From positions 15,972 through 79,971 of the forward strand of contig JBJLFF010000031.1 in the NCBI GenBank assembly GCA_045565515.1: a DNA stretch of 64,000 nucleotides, in the 5' to 3' direction. The stretch comes from Candidatus Puniceispirillales bacterium (GTDB lineage: Bacteria > Pseudomonadota > Alphaproteobacteria > Puniceispirillales > GCA-002684695). Positions 9,524 to 18,294 of the stretch are shown in pieces (position 1 is the stretch's first letter; each line of letters opens with the position of its first letter). The notes beneath the pieces were generated by a model, which searched no databases, had not been told where the DNA came from, and was given only the letters and a program-made list of their open reading frames with translations. The position numbers and the translations under genes were made by a program.

Positions 9524-9874
9524 CTATCTTTCTAATTTTAGTTTCTTAATACGTTCTAAATAATCTTTCCATATTCTGTCTTTTCCCACAGAAAGTTTTT
9601 TTAAATACTCCCAAGAGAAGATACCTGTACTGTGACCATCATCGAATTTTATGGCAATGGCATAGTTGCCAACGGGCTCTATCGTTTCAATTTTTATATT
9701 TAATTTTCCAGAAGGGGTTTGCTTTTGATTAGGAGAGTGACCTTGAACTTCAGCTGATGGGCTTTCTACTCTTAATAATTCAGAAGAAAGAATGTCTGAA
9801 AGACCATCCTCAAATGAAACTTTTAATTCTGACTTATCTTTATTTAAACGTATTTCAGTAACTTTAGTCATCAA
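9524..9874 (-). CDS. DUF971 (gamma-butyrobetaine-hydroxylase N-terminal-like) domain protein
   Basis: 116 aa with the pattern L.V.F.DG......S.ELLRV.SPSAEV.GH... typical of stand-alone DUF971 proteins. Its stop abuts the convergent gene's stop with no gap. Confidence 0.7.
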   Translation of the reverse strand: MMTKVTEIRLNKDKSELKVSFEDGLSDILSSELLRVESPSAEVQGHSPNQKQTPSGKLNIKIETIEPVGNYAIAIKFDDGHSTGIFSWEYLKKLSVGKDRIWKDYLERIKKLKLER

Positions 9875-9880
9875 GTTGAA

Positions 9881-10102
9881 TTATGTATCAGAAATTTTTC
9901 TAGCTTCTTCTTCAAGCATAATAGGGATACCATCACGAATTGGATATGCAAGACCAGCTTGTTTGCTAATTAATTCATTTTTAACACTGTCATATTCCAA
10001 ATCGCTTTTAGTAACAGGGCACACAAGAATTTCTAGAAGCTTTGGATCAACTTTGTCTTCGTTAGTGTTTTTTGGCATTTTGTTCACCTTCTTCAAATGC
10101 AC
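9881..10102 (-). CDS. Trm112/UPF0434-family small zinc-ribbon-like protein
   Basis: [16 protein letters not shown] ... [19 protein letters not shown] is the Trm112p-like signature. The start may be the internal ATG at 10078. Confidence 0.75.
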   Translation of the reverse strand: MHLKKVNKMPKNTNEDKVDPKLLEILVCPVTKSDLEYDSVKNELISKQAGLAYPIRDGIPIMLEEEARKISDT

Positions 10103-10724
10103 TCATTTCTAAAATAACCTTCATGATTTGAGCTCTATCATTTAAGCAATTTGCTTCTAATAATGATTGCTTTTCTGCATCACTAAAAGGGCACAGCATT
10201 GCTAAAGTTGTAATTAGTTTTTCATCCTCACATTTTTCAATTGCTTTCCAATCAGCTGAAAGACCTTTTATGTCAAAATATGATCTAAGAGTTCTAAAAA
10301 AACCGTCTCTTTCAATTTCAATGTCATTTGGTTTCATATCACTTAAAAACTCGGTGAAATCCACAGTCATTCTTTTATATCCACCTTTTTCTTGAATATC
10401 ATCCTTCAATCTGCATCTCATAATTCCAGATAAAGAAATCAAAAATCTGCCATCAAGTGTTTCTTCAAATGAAATTAATTTACCTGCACAAGCAAGCTTG
10501 TATACATTAGAGCCATTTGAACCTTCAATCATTGGCAATGTCATTACTATCATTCTATGATTTGTTGCCATAGTATCTTTAACCATCTGAACATATCTTG
10601 GTTCAAAAATATTTAGAGGTAAAATACCACCAGGAAGAAGTAAGGCCCCTTGTAAAGGAAACACAGGAAGATCTGATGGTAGTTCTTTAATATTAATTGT
10701 GAATCTAGAAATTTTTTCCTCCAA
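10062..10724 (-). CDS. LON substrate-binding (N-terminal) domain protein
   Basis: [29 protein letters not shown] matches the LON N-domain start; 220 aa with no ATPase or protease part. Confidence 0.75.
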   Translation of the reverse strand: MEEKISRFTINIKELPSDLPVFPLQGALLLPGGILPLNIFEPRYVQMVKDTMATNHRMIVMTLPMIEGSNGSNVYKLACAGKLISFEETLDGRFLISLSGIMRCRLKDDIQEKGGYKRMTVDFTEFLSDMKPNDIEIERDGFFRTLRSYFDIKGLSADWKAIEKCEDEKLITTLAMLCPFSDAEKQSLLEANCLNDRAQIMKVILEMSAFEEGEQNAKKH

Positions 10725-10732
10725 ATTTAAAA

Positions 10733-11647
10733 TTATTTAAACAATATAGATGAAAGACGTTTTCTTGCACTTACCACTAAAGGGTCTTGTAAACCTATTG
10801 CAGAGAAAAACTCAACTAATTGTTTTCTTGCTGCTTCTTCATTCCAACTTCTATCAACCGAAATAGATTCTAAAAGACAGTCTAAAGCTGCCTCAGTCTC
10901 ACCTGATCCATAAAGAGCAACAGCTAGCTCTTGTCTAGCTCCCATGTCTTTTGGATTTTTGTCTATTTTCATTTTTAATTCCGATGTTTGCGAAGAAGCA
11001 TTTTCAGCTTTCATAGATAAATCAAGTGCAGCTATAGCCTCTTTAACTAAATTATCTTCTTTAAGTTTATCTTCAATAGAGTTAATAAAATCAGATGCAG
11101 CATCATATTTTTTTAATAAAACTAAAGATCTTATATAACCTGAAATAGCCTCTTTTTTCTCTGCGTCAATGGAAAGGATAGTTTCAAACATTTCTCCAGC
11201 ATCTGAAAAGTTTTTTTCTTGATATAGAGAATTTGCTGTCTCAAGCATCTCATCAATATTAGGACCACTCTTATTAAGATCAGAAACTTTTTTTACAAAT
11301 TCATTTATCGTTGATTCAGGCTGTGCCCCCATAAAACCATCAACTGGTTGACCATCTACAAAAGCATATACAGTTGGAATCGATTGAACTCTTAACTGTG
11401 CTGCAATAGCTTGATTTTCGTCAATATTAACTTTAGCTAATACTACTTTTCCATTAGCATTATTAACTGCTTTTTCAATATTTGGACCCAACTCCTTACA
11501 TGGTCCGCACCATGGTGCCCAAAAATCAACAATTACAGGTGTAGATTTTGATAACTCAACAACTTCTTCCATAAAGTTTTCTGACGTGACATCTTTGACA
11601 CTATTTAAATTTGTATTTTCTTTATTTTCAGAATTACCAATAAGCAT
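10733..11647 (-). CDS. thioredoxin-domain plus TPR co-chaperone (YbbN/CnoX-like)
   Basis: WAPWCGPCK thioredoxin active site in the N-terminal third, followed by a helical TPR-like C-terminal half; 304 aa. Confidence 0.85.
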   Translation of the reverse strand: MLIGNSENKENTNLNSVKDVTSENFMEEVVELSKSTPVIVDFWAPWCGPCKELGPNIEKAVNNANGKVVLAKVNIDENQAIAAQLRVQSIPTVYAFVDGQPVDGFMGAQPESTINEFVKKVSDLNKSGPNIDEMLETANSLYQEKNFSDAGEMFETILSIDAEKKEAISGYIRSLVLLKKYDAASDFINSIEDKLKEDNLVKEAIAALDLSMKAENASSQTSELKMKIDKNPKDMGARQELAVALYGSGETEAALDCLLESISVDRSWNEEAARKQLVEFFSAIGLQDPLVVSARKRLSSILFK

Positions 11648-11724
11648 AATTATCTCGCATACTATTTATAACTAATTGGTCCTAATATTAACCTTTACAA
11701 GGATAAATTTGAACTTTTATTTTT

Positions 11725-12258
11725 TTATTTAAAAGAAACTTCATTATAAGCTCTTTTTATACTTTGTAAAAACTTTTCAAAGTCTTTTGTTTTTAAAGAA
11801 ATAGTAAGGTTATTTGTTAAAGGGTGAAAATTTAATATTGTTTCGTTAAGTAAATTTTTATCGATGTAAAATGATACTCTTTTTTTGTGGTCATTTATTA
11901 AAGCAAATGGTGACACTGATCCAGGTTTTACTCCTAAAAACTCATATAACCTATCTGGGCTTCCAAAAGAGAGCCTGCTAGTACCAAGTTTTTTTTCCAA
12001 ATTTTTTAAATCAATTTTTTGATCTTCATTGGTAGTTATTAAAAAATTATTTTTCTTTTTGTCACGAAGAAATAAATTTTTTGAATGTCCACCTTCCATT
12101 ATACCTCTTAAAATTTTTGAATCTTCAACAGTTTTAAGTGCTGGATGTTCATGAATAAAATAATCACATTTTAGTTTGTTCAAGGAATTGAAGATTTTAA
12201 ATTCAATACTGGATTTTAATGTATTTTTACCTTTAAGAAATTCTGTAAAAGTTTTCAT
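11725..12258 (-). CDS. YbaK/ProX-type aminoacyl-tRNA editing domain protein
   Basis: 177 aa with HSKNLFLRDKK and PGSVSPFAL segments typical of the YbaK/prolyl-tRNA-synthetase-associated domain. Confidence 0.7.
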   Translation of the reverse strand: MKTFTEFLKGKNTLKSSIEFKIFNSLNKLKCDYFIHEHPALKTVEDSKILRGIMEGGHSKNLFLRDKKKNNFLITTNEDQKIDLKNLEKKLGTSRLSFGSPDRLYEFLGVKPGSVSPFALINDHKKRVSFYIDKNLLNETILNFHPLTNNLTISLKTKDFEKFLQSIKRAYNEVSFK

Positions 12259-12405
12259 AGACTTAATTTAAAACTGAAGAAATTATAATTAAATTTTTTT
12301 AACTATTTTTTATCATTTACATATGTATGAGTAAATATAAGTTGAAAATGACTAACATTTTTATTTGATTAACAAAAAAAAAGTTATATAAGTAACTCTT
12401 ATGAA

Positions 12406-12480
12406 GCGGGCGTAGCTCAGGGGTAGAGCATAACCTTGCCAAGGTTAGGGTCGAGAGTTCGAATCTCTTCGCCCGCTCCA
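12406..12480 (+). tRNA. tRNA-Gly (anticodon GCC), CCA encoded
   Basis: Hand-folded cloverleaf. Acceptor GCGGGCG/CGCCCGC, D stem GCTC/GAGC, anticodon stem TAACC/GGTTA with loop TTGCCAA, T stem GAGAG/CTCTT with loop TTCGAAT, discriminator U, then CCA. Confidence 0.97.
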
Positions 12481-12621
12481 AATCAGAAAAAGATCAAAAT
12501 GTAGAAATAATTTTTATTAAAGTTATTTTAATTAAACCTTCAATACCTAATACTCATCTATTACATTTATAAAACAAGTATACTATATGAATAAGAAATA
12601 ATTTTAACTAAGTTACAAATA

Positions 12622-13350
12622 GTGAATAATACCTTTAAAAATATTGTGATTACAGGTGTAGGTGGGGCTATAGGGCAAGCTTTTGTAAATAGAATAGCTA
12701 CAATTGATAGTGTTGAAAATATAAATGTTTTTTCTAGGTCAAAACAAAACTTTCATTCAAAAAAGGTTTTTGATCACGTAATTAATTATAAAATTGAAGA
12801 TGAAATAAAAGAGGCTGCTGATTTTTCATCTAAGAACAATACATTAGATTTAGTTATTGTGGCTAATGGAATTTTACATAATAATAATATATTTCCGGAA
12901 AAAAAAATTAGTGATATAACTGAAGAAAAATTTAAAGAAGTTTTTTTTGTTAATACTATTTTACCCTCTATTATTGCTAAACATTTTATCCCAAAATTAT
13001 CTAAAAATAATCAAAGCATTTTAGCTTTTATGTCAGCACGTGTAGGGAGTATATCAGATAACAAACTTGGAGGCTGGTATGCATATAGAGCATCAAAATC
13101 AGCCTTGAATATGATGATTAAAAATTTATCTATTGAAGTTGGACGCAAAAATAAAAATGCTATTTTAGTTGGCTTACATCCGGGAACAGTAAATAGTAAA
13201 TTATCCAAACCATTTCAGAGCAACGTTCCTGAAAAAAAACTTTTTACACCCGATCAATCAGTTAATTACTTATTACAAGTTTTGTCAAAACTTAAAAATG
13301 AGGATTCTGGAAAAATTTTTGCATGGGATGGATCTGAGATTCTACCTTAA
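12622..13350 (+). CDS. short-chain dehydrogenase/reductase (C-factor-like SDR)
   Basis: GTG start; ITGVGGAIG cofactor loop and catalytic YRASKSAL (YxxxK); 242 aa. Confidence 0.8.
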   Translation: MNNTFKNIVITGVGGAIGQAFVNRIATIDSVENINVFSRSKQNFHSKKVFDHVINYKIEDEIKEAADFSSKNNTLDLVIVANGILHNNNIFPEKKISDITEEKFKEVFFVNTILPSIIAKHFIPKLSKNNQSILAFMSARVGSISDNKLGGWYAYRASKSALNMMIKNLSIEVGRKNKNAILVGLHPGTVNSKLSKPFQSNVPEKKLFTPDQSVNYLLQVLSKLKNEDSGKIFAWDGSEILP

Positions 13351-13382
13351 TTAAAAGTACGAAATGTTATGAATAAATAAAT

Positions 13383-14348
13383 ATGATTAATATAGGTGTA
13401 ATTGGCGCAGGAATGGCTGGTATAACATGTGCCAACTATTTATTTTCAAAAGGATTTAAAGTTACTGTTTATGAAAAAAGCCGCGGTTTAGGTGGTAGGA
13501 TGGCGACAAAGAGAATAAATAGTGAACTTTCCGTTGACCATGGAGTTCAGTATGTTAACGCTAATACTCCTACTTTTAAAAAATATTTAGATGAATGTAT
13601 TTCTAATGGATACGCTGAATGTTGGACCCCATCAGGAATGGATGCTCAGTATTTAAATCAAAATAATATTTTTGTTGGTGTTCCAGGGATGAGCAGCTTG
13701 TTAAAAATGAATTCTAAAGAGTTAAATATAAAATTTTCTCTTAAGGTTGAAAATATAAAGAAAATTAAAGAGAAATGGATTGTTAGTTTTGAAGACTCAG
13801 AATTAAGGGAGCAATTTGATCTACTTGTTTTTGCAATTCCACCAATTCAGGTCAATCAAATAATACAAGGTGAAGATGTTTTATTAAAGGAATTATCAAC
13901 TGTTGAAATTGATCCATGCTGGTCATTAATTTTGATTACTAGGAATAAACTGAACTGTAACGATTACAATAAATTTTATAGTAATAATATTGCCTCTATT
14001 GTCTATAATTCCTCAAAACCAAAAAGAAATAAGCTATCAAACTCTTATATTATTCATTCTAGTCCTGATTGGAGTAATAAAAACCTTTTATCAGAACGCA
14101 ATGAAATTGAATTAAAAATTATTAATTTTTTGGAAAATCAATTAAATCAGAAAATAGAAATTGAATATATAAAAGCACATAGATGGCTTTATGCTCAAAC
14201 AAAAGTTCCTTTGGGAAAGTCATTTTTAAAAAATAAAGATAATACTTTGTTTATTGGAGGGGATTGGTGTTTGGGAGCAAATGTTCAGGCTGCTTTTGAC
14301 AGTGGACTAAAAATTGCTGAATTTATTAACTTAAAATTTGATAAATAA
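13383..14348 (+). CDS. NAD(P)/FAD-dependent oxidoreductase (renalase/amine-oxidase-like)
   Basis: N-terminal GVIGAGMAG ... YEKSRGLGGRMATKR dinucleotide-binding motif; C-terminal GGDW...G amine-oxidase-like end. Confidence 0.7.
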   Translation: MINIGVIGAGMAGITCANYLFSKGFKVTVYEKSRGLGGRMATKRINSELSVDHGVQYVNANTPTFKKYLDECISNGYAECWTPSGMDAQYLNQNNIFVGVPGMSSLLKMNSKELNIKFSLKVENIKKIKEKWIVSFEDSELREQFDLLVFAIPPIQVNQIIQGEDVLLKELSTVEIDPCWSLILITRNKLNCNDYNKFYSNNIASIVYNSSKPKRNKLSNSYIIHSSPDWSNKNLLSERNEIELKIINFLENQLNQKIEIEYIKAHRWLYAQTKVPLGKSFLKNKDNTLFIGGDWCLGANVQAAFDSGLKIAEFINLKFDK

Positions 14349-14356
14349 ATTTAATC

Positions 14357-15403
14357 CTACTTATATCTTTCTGCGACATTTTCTTTAGTATTTCTAGCTA
14401 AAGCATTTATAGCAGAATCAAGATTAACACTTCCCAATACATTGTTATCATCATCCACTATAGAAAAAGAGTTACTTTTAGATGTGTTTAGAATTGGAAG
14501 AGCTTCATCAATTGTCATGTTCAATTTAAGGCCTTTTCCAGATCCTTTTACTTTACTATTCATAATAGAACGTAATTCTATTACCTTGCTTCTATTAATG
14601 TCTTTGATAAAATCTTTTATGTAAGCATCTGCAGGTTTCATAATAATTTCTTGAGGGTCACCCTCTTGAACAACTTTACCGTCTCGTAAAATAGCAATAT
14701 TATCTCCAATCCTTAGCGCTTCATCTAAGTCATGGGTTATAAATATAATTGTTTTATGTAACTCTTGTTGCAATTCTAAGAGGATATTCTGCATATCAGT
14801 TCTAATCAGTGGATCTAAAGCTGAGAAAGCTTCATCCATCAATAGAATAGGAGCATCTGTAGCTAATGCTCGTGCTAAACCCACTCTTTGTTGCATACCC
14901 CCTGATAATTGTGCAGGATATCTCTCCTCAAATCCAGCTAGTCCCACACGGTGAATCCATCTGTGGCTTTTATCTTTAGCAACACTCTCCTTAACCCCTT
15001 GAATTGTTAGACCATAGGCAACATTCTGTGATACTGTTTTGTGAGGCAAAAGAGCAAACTTTTGAAAGACCATTGAAGTAGATTTTCTTCTGAACTCTCT
15101 CAGCTGGCTTTGAGACATTGTTAATACATTTACACCATCAACGTATAACCCTCCTGAGGTAGGCTCTATTAATCTATTAATATGGCGAATTAATGTAGAT
15201 TTACCAGAACCTGAAAGACCCATAATGACCTGAATTTTTTTTTCAGGTATAGCTAAATTAATATTATCTAAACCAAGAACATGATTGTGTTGATCAAGTA
15301 GCTCTTGTTTGCTCATTCCATTTTTAATTGAATCAACAAAAGATTTGTCTTTTGCTCCAAAAATTTTGTAGAGATTTTTAATTTCAATCTTTGTATTATT
15401 CAT
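14357..15403 (-). CDS. proV: glycine betaine/proline-type ABC transporter ATP-binding protein
   Basis: Walker A GLSGSGKST, signature LSGGMQQRV, Walker B LLMDEAFSALD, C-terminal regulatory extension. Start placed at ATG 15403 (MNNTKIEIKNLYKIFG), overlapping the proW stop by 8 nt. Confidence 0.9.
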   Translation of the reverse strand: MNNTKIEIKNLYKIFGAKDKSFVDSIKNGMSKQELLDQHNHVLGLDNINLAIPEKKIQVIMGLSGSGKSTLIRHINRLIEPTSGGLYVDGVNVLTMSQSQLREFRRKSTSMVFQKFALLPHKTVSQNVAYGLTIQGVKESVAKDKSHRWIHRVGLAGFEERYPAQLSGGMQQRVGLARALATDAPILLMDEAFSALDPLIRTDMQNILLELQQELHKTIIFITHDLDEALRIGDNIAILRDGKVVQEGDPQEIIMKPADAYIKDFIKDINRSKVIELRSIMNSKVKGSGKGLKLNMTIDEALPILNTSKSNSFSIVDDDNNVLGSVNLDSAINALARNTKENVAERYK

Positions 15404-16286
15404 GTTCTTTACCATATCTATGAGCTTGAAGGCGTTTTCCATACCTTTGTGACACTCTGTCAAAGATAATCGCAAGTGCAACTATGGCTAAACCATTCAT
15501 TAGACCTAAAGTTAGATATTGATTTTGTATAGATTGTAAAACAGGCATTCCAAGACCTTTAACTCCAATCATAGAAGCTATGACAACCATAGCTAAAGCC
15601 ATCATTATTGTTTGGTTAACACCTGCAAAAATATTTGGAAGTGCCAAAGGTATTTGTACTGAAAATAATTTTTGTCGGTAATCTGATCCAAAAGCATCAG
15701 CAGCTTCTAGAACATCTTTATCAACTAATCTTATACCTAGATTTGTAAGTCGAATAATTGGTGGTAATGCGTAAACTATTACAGCAATGAGTCCAGGTAC
15801 TCTTCCAATGCCTAAAAGCATAACAACTGGCAATAAATACACAAAAATAGGAATTGTTTGCATAAGATCAAGAACTGGGGTTATAGCTGCCTGAACTCTG
15901 TCATACCTAGACATTAAAATACCAATTGGAATACCTATTGCAATACATATAACCGTCGCAACTGATATAAGTGATATTGTAGCCATCATATCTTTCCACA
16001 TTCCAAAGTAACCTATTATTATAAAGGAAAGAACTGATCCTAAAGCAAGTTTCCAACTCCTTGAACCCAAGTAAGCCAATCCAGCAACAATAACGAGAAT
16101 TATTGGCCAAGGTGCTGCAATTAAGATTTTTTCAAGTTTAACTAAAAAGAAATATAGTGGATCAAAAAAAGCTTCTATATCTGCTCCATATTTTCTTGAA
16201 AAACTTCGAAAAGAGGCATCTATTCCTTTTTTTAAATCTCTTAAGTCGCTTCTTCCTAGACTAGGTATTTCTGTCCAAAAATCCAT
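15396..16286 (-). CDS. proW: glycine betaine/proline-type ABC transporter permease
   Basis: Multi-helix permease with the EAA-type loop (LEAADAFGSDYRQKLFSVQIPLALP), flanked by proX and proV. Confidence 0.9.
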   Translation of the reverse strand: MDFWTEIPSLGRSDLRDLKKGIDASFRSFSRKYGADIEAFFDPLYFFLVKLEKILIAAPWPIILVIVAGLAYLGSRSWKLALGSVLSFIIIGYFGMWKDMMATISLISVATVICIAIGIPIGILMSRYDRVQAAITPVLDLMQTIPIFVYLLPVVMLLGIGRVPGLIAVIVYALPPIIRLTNLGIRLVDKDVLEAADAFGSDYRQKLFSVQIPLALPNIFAGVNQTIMMALAMVVIASMIGVKGLGMPVLQSIQNQYLTLGLMNGLAIVALAIIFDRVSQRYGKRLQAHRYGKEHE

Positions 16287-16297
16287 TTAACTTATCC

Positions 16298-16337
16298 AAA
16301 GAATAATAATCACCGCGACTACAAATAGCCGCGGTGA
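16298..16337 (-). terminator. intra-operon hairpin/terminator between proX and proW
   Basis: Perfect 8-bp GC-rich stem TCACCGCG/CGCGGTGA (16310-16317 / 16330-16337) with a 12-nt loop. It is followed on the minus strand by UUAUUAUUCUUU. Confidence 0.5.
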
Positions 16338-16354
16338 AATTTATTTTTAAAATC

Positions 16355-17359
16355 TTATAAAGAAGATTTAACTTTTGAAGCTACTTCTGAGCTAACCCAT
16401 GTAGTCCAAACATCTTCATATTTTTCTAAGAATTCAATGGCTGCATCAATCCCTTGTGCTTGATTGTCATCCATATAAACAAGCATTTTACCCATAACAT
16501 CTCCAGGGTAAATACGCTTCGAAAAATAGTCCATTGCTGTTGAAGCTTGGTCTTTAAAGTTAGTCGTTACAACTGTATGAACTTCAGATTGTGTCCATGA
16601 AGAAGGCTTTGGATCAGCACAGTCTTGCTCAGCTTTTGCAATACAACCATCCCAGTTATCTGCCCCAGCGAATGGAACACCAAAATCCATCATCTTCATT
16701 CCAAATCTTCCCACAGGTGCAGTAGGTGCCCAATAATAACCAAACCAGTTGTCACCTCTTTCTACTGCTTTTGCCATAGAAGCATCTAGGCCAGCTTGTG
16801 AACCTGGATCAATTAATATCCACCCTTTTTTCTCCATTTCAAAAGCTCTGAATAGATTTATGTTCGATAACTGGCATCCCCATCCTGCAGGACAACCAAT
16901 AAACTCTCCTTTTGATGGATCTTCCTTTGCGGGGAAAAGATCTGGTCTTTCAAGTATATCTAGAACAGTTTTAATCCCAGGATTTTTTTCTAAAGTATAA
17001 GATGGTACCCACCATCCTTCCCCTAAATCAGTAATAGGCATTTTCCTTGCTGAGTGAAGCCTTCCTTCATCCATAGCAGCAAAAAGAGGCTCTCTTACAG
17101 CGTTAATCCATAATTCTGCGGCAACATCAGGTTGCCCCTTTTCATTCATTGAAGCAAATGTAGTAGTGGTTGCACCAGCAACTAGTTCAATTTCACATCC
17201 GTATCCTTCTTCAAGAATGATCTTATCAACATTAGCCATTAGGGTTGCAGATGGCCAATTCATATCTGCCATAGTAATAGAACCACAACTTGCTACTGCT
17301 AGATTTGAAGTTAAAGCCAAAGTAATAGCAGATATTGCGGTAGTTAGAATTTTTTTCAT
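16355..17359 (-). CDS. proX: glycine betaine-type ABC transporter substrate-binding protein
   Basis: Signal peptide MKKILTTAISAITLALTSNLAVASCG, then an OpuAC/ProX-like body rich in Trp (WW.P.Y, YYWAP). Start placed at ATG 17359, preceded by GGGAGAAGAG, instead of ORF-track 17428. Confidence 0.85.
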   Translation of the reverse strand: MKKILTTAISAITLALTSNLAVASCGSITMADMNWPSATLMANVDKIILEEGYGCEIELVAGATTTTFASMNEKGQPDVAAELWINAVREPLFAAMDEGRLHSARKMPITDLGEGWWVPSYTLEKNPGIKTVLDILERPDLFPAKEDPSKGEFIGCPAGWGCQLSNINLFRAFEMEKKGWILIDPGSQAGLDASMAKAVERGDNWFGYYWAPTAPVGRFGMKMMDFGVPFAGADNWDGCIAKAEQDCADPKPSSWTQSEVHTVVTTNFKDQASTAMDYFSKRIYPGDVMGKMLVYMDDNQAQGIDAAIEFLEKYEDVWTTWVSSEVASKVKSSL

Positions 17360-17373
17360 ACTCTTCTCCCAAA

Positions 17374-17434
17374 GAAATTTCATTTTATGATATGTATTTA
17401 TAGAATCGCTCATATAGCATAGATTCATATCATA
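17374..17434. repeat. direct repeat copy A (proX leader/promoter region)
   Basis: Shares an identical 19-mer GATATGTATTTATAGAATC (17389-17407) and an 11-mer TTCATATCATA (17424-17434), in the same order and spacing, with copy B 170 bp away. Confidence 0.6.
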
Positions 17435-17542
17435 ACTATTTTACTATTAAAGAAAAATCGATTAATAAAAAAAGTATAATGCTAAGTATCTGTTTTAATA
17501 TAATATTTTAGATAATATTTGCAAGCAAACAAACAGAGATGG

Positions 17543-17608
17543 GAAATTTTTTTCATTTTAAAGATATGTATTTATAGAATCACTTATATCTAATTTTTTC
17601 ATATCATA
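17543..17608. repeat. direct repeat copy B (upstream duplicate of the proX leader)
   Basis: Contains the same 19-mer (17563-17581) and 11-mer (17598-17608) as copy A, and the flanks are also similar (GAAATTT...CATTTTA). Confidence 0.6.
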
Positions 17609-17679
17609 GGAACTTTTAATTATAGTAATTCTCTAATTAAAATTTATAATTATCGGTAACTTTTTTACCATTATTCCAG

Positions 17680-18294
17680 TTAATCATTATCATCATTCTC
17701 AGCTCCAGCTCCATTATCTCTTGATTCTTTGCTCTTTGGAACAAGTGCGTTAACAGATATGCTTTGTAATTCGTTCCAGATTTTTCTTTCTATTTTTATT
17801 TCGTTAGATGAAAAATTATAAAACGGAGGTAAGAATTTTTTCTTTTGAATAGTTATTTTCACATTATTTCGATTAAAACTATTGTTCCAATAAAATTTAT
17901 TATCATTTACATAACTGATTACTTCTGATGAAAATAATATTTGGAAATTTATAACTTTATTGATAAGAGCAAGGCCTAATAACAATATAGGTGAATCTAA
18001 TTTTTCAAATGTAATTTTGTCATACAGGCCACATCTAAAATTGTCTATAGCTGAAATGCCGTTGTAAACAACCTGGCTATCTCCAAATCCAATAGAATTT
18101 TTTGAAACATGTATTTTAGTTTTCCTGTATGTTGGATTTTTAAAGCAATTAAGAGCCTCCTGTGAAGCGTTAATATTAAAACTTTCTAGTTTTGCAACAG
18201 CTTGTGAAATTTCTTCACAAATACCAACGTCTATGTTTGAACCTATTCCAGAATTATATATTAAATTTTTGAGTTCACTTTGAGAACATATCAT
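17680..18294 (-). CDS. hypothetical protein, no recognisable family (204 aa, acidic C-terminal tail)
   Basis: Uninterrupted ORF sharing one base with the stop of the upstream 578-aa ORF. I see no membrane helices or motifs I can assign. Confidence 0.6.
   Translation of the reverse strand: MICSQSELKNLIYNSGIGSNIDVGICEEISQAVAKLESFNINASQEALNCFKNPTYRKTKIHVSKNSIGFGDSQVVYNGISAIDNFRCGLYDKITFEKLDSPILLLGLALINKVINFQILFSSEVISYVNDNKFYWNNSFNRNNVKITIQKKKFLPPFYNFSSNEIKIERKIWNELQSISVNALVPKSKESRDNGAGAENDDND

Noticed and set aside
9792-10112. 106-aa plus-strand ORF spanning the DUF971/Trm112 region; similar antisense ORFs occur at 1471-1850, 2773-3009, 4939-5256, 16749-17390, 30060-30446, 38109-38345, 43659-44003, 52186-52629, 57600-57854 and 62649-63483
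   Set aside because: All are nested antisense or out of frame within genes that have strong family signatures. The translations are compositionally biased and motif-free.
15404-17428. Longer ORF-track N-termini for proV (15481) and proX (17428), and likewise for ftsY (2357)
   Set aside because: The extensions lack family similarity and overlap upstream genes or the leader repeat. The internal ATGs give canonical N-termini: the ATPase start MNNTKIEIKNLYKIFG, the signal peptide MKKILTT..., and MNWFKRL for FtsY.
17651-17669. GGTAA-CTTTT-TTACC hairpin just after the 204-aa ORF as an operon terminator
   Set aside because: Only a 5-bp AT-rich stem with a weak tail, so it cannot be distinguished from chance.
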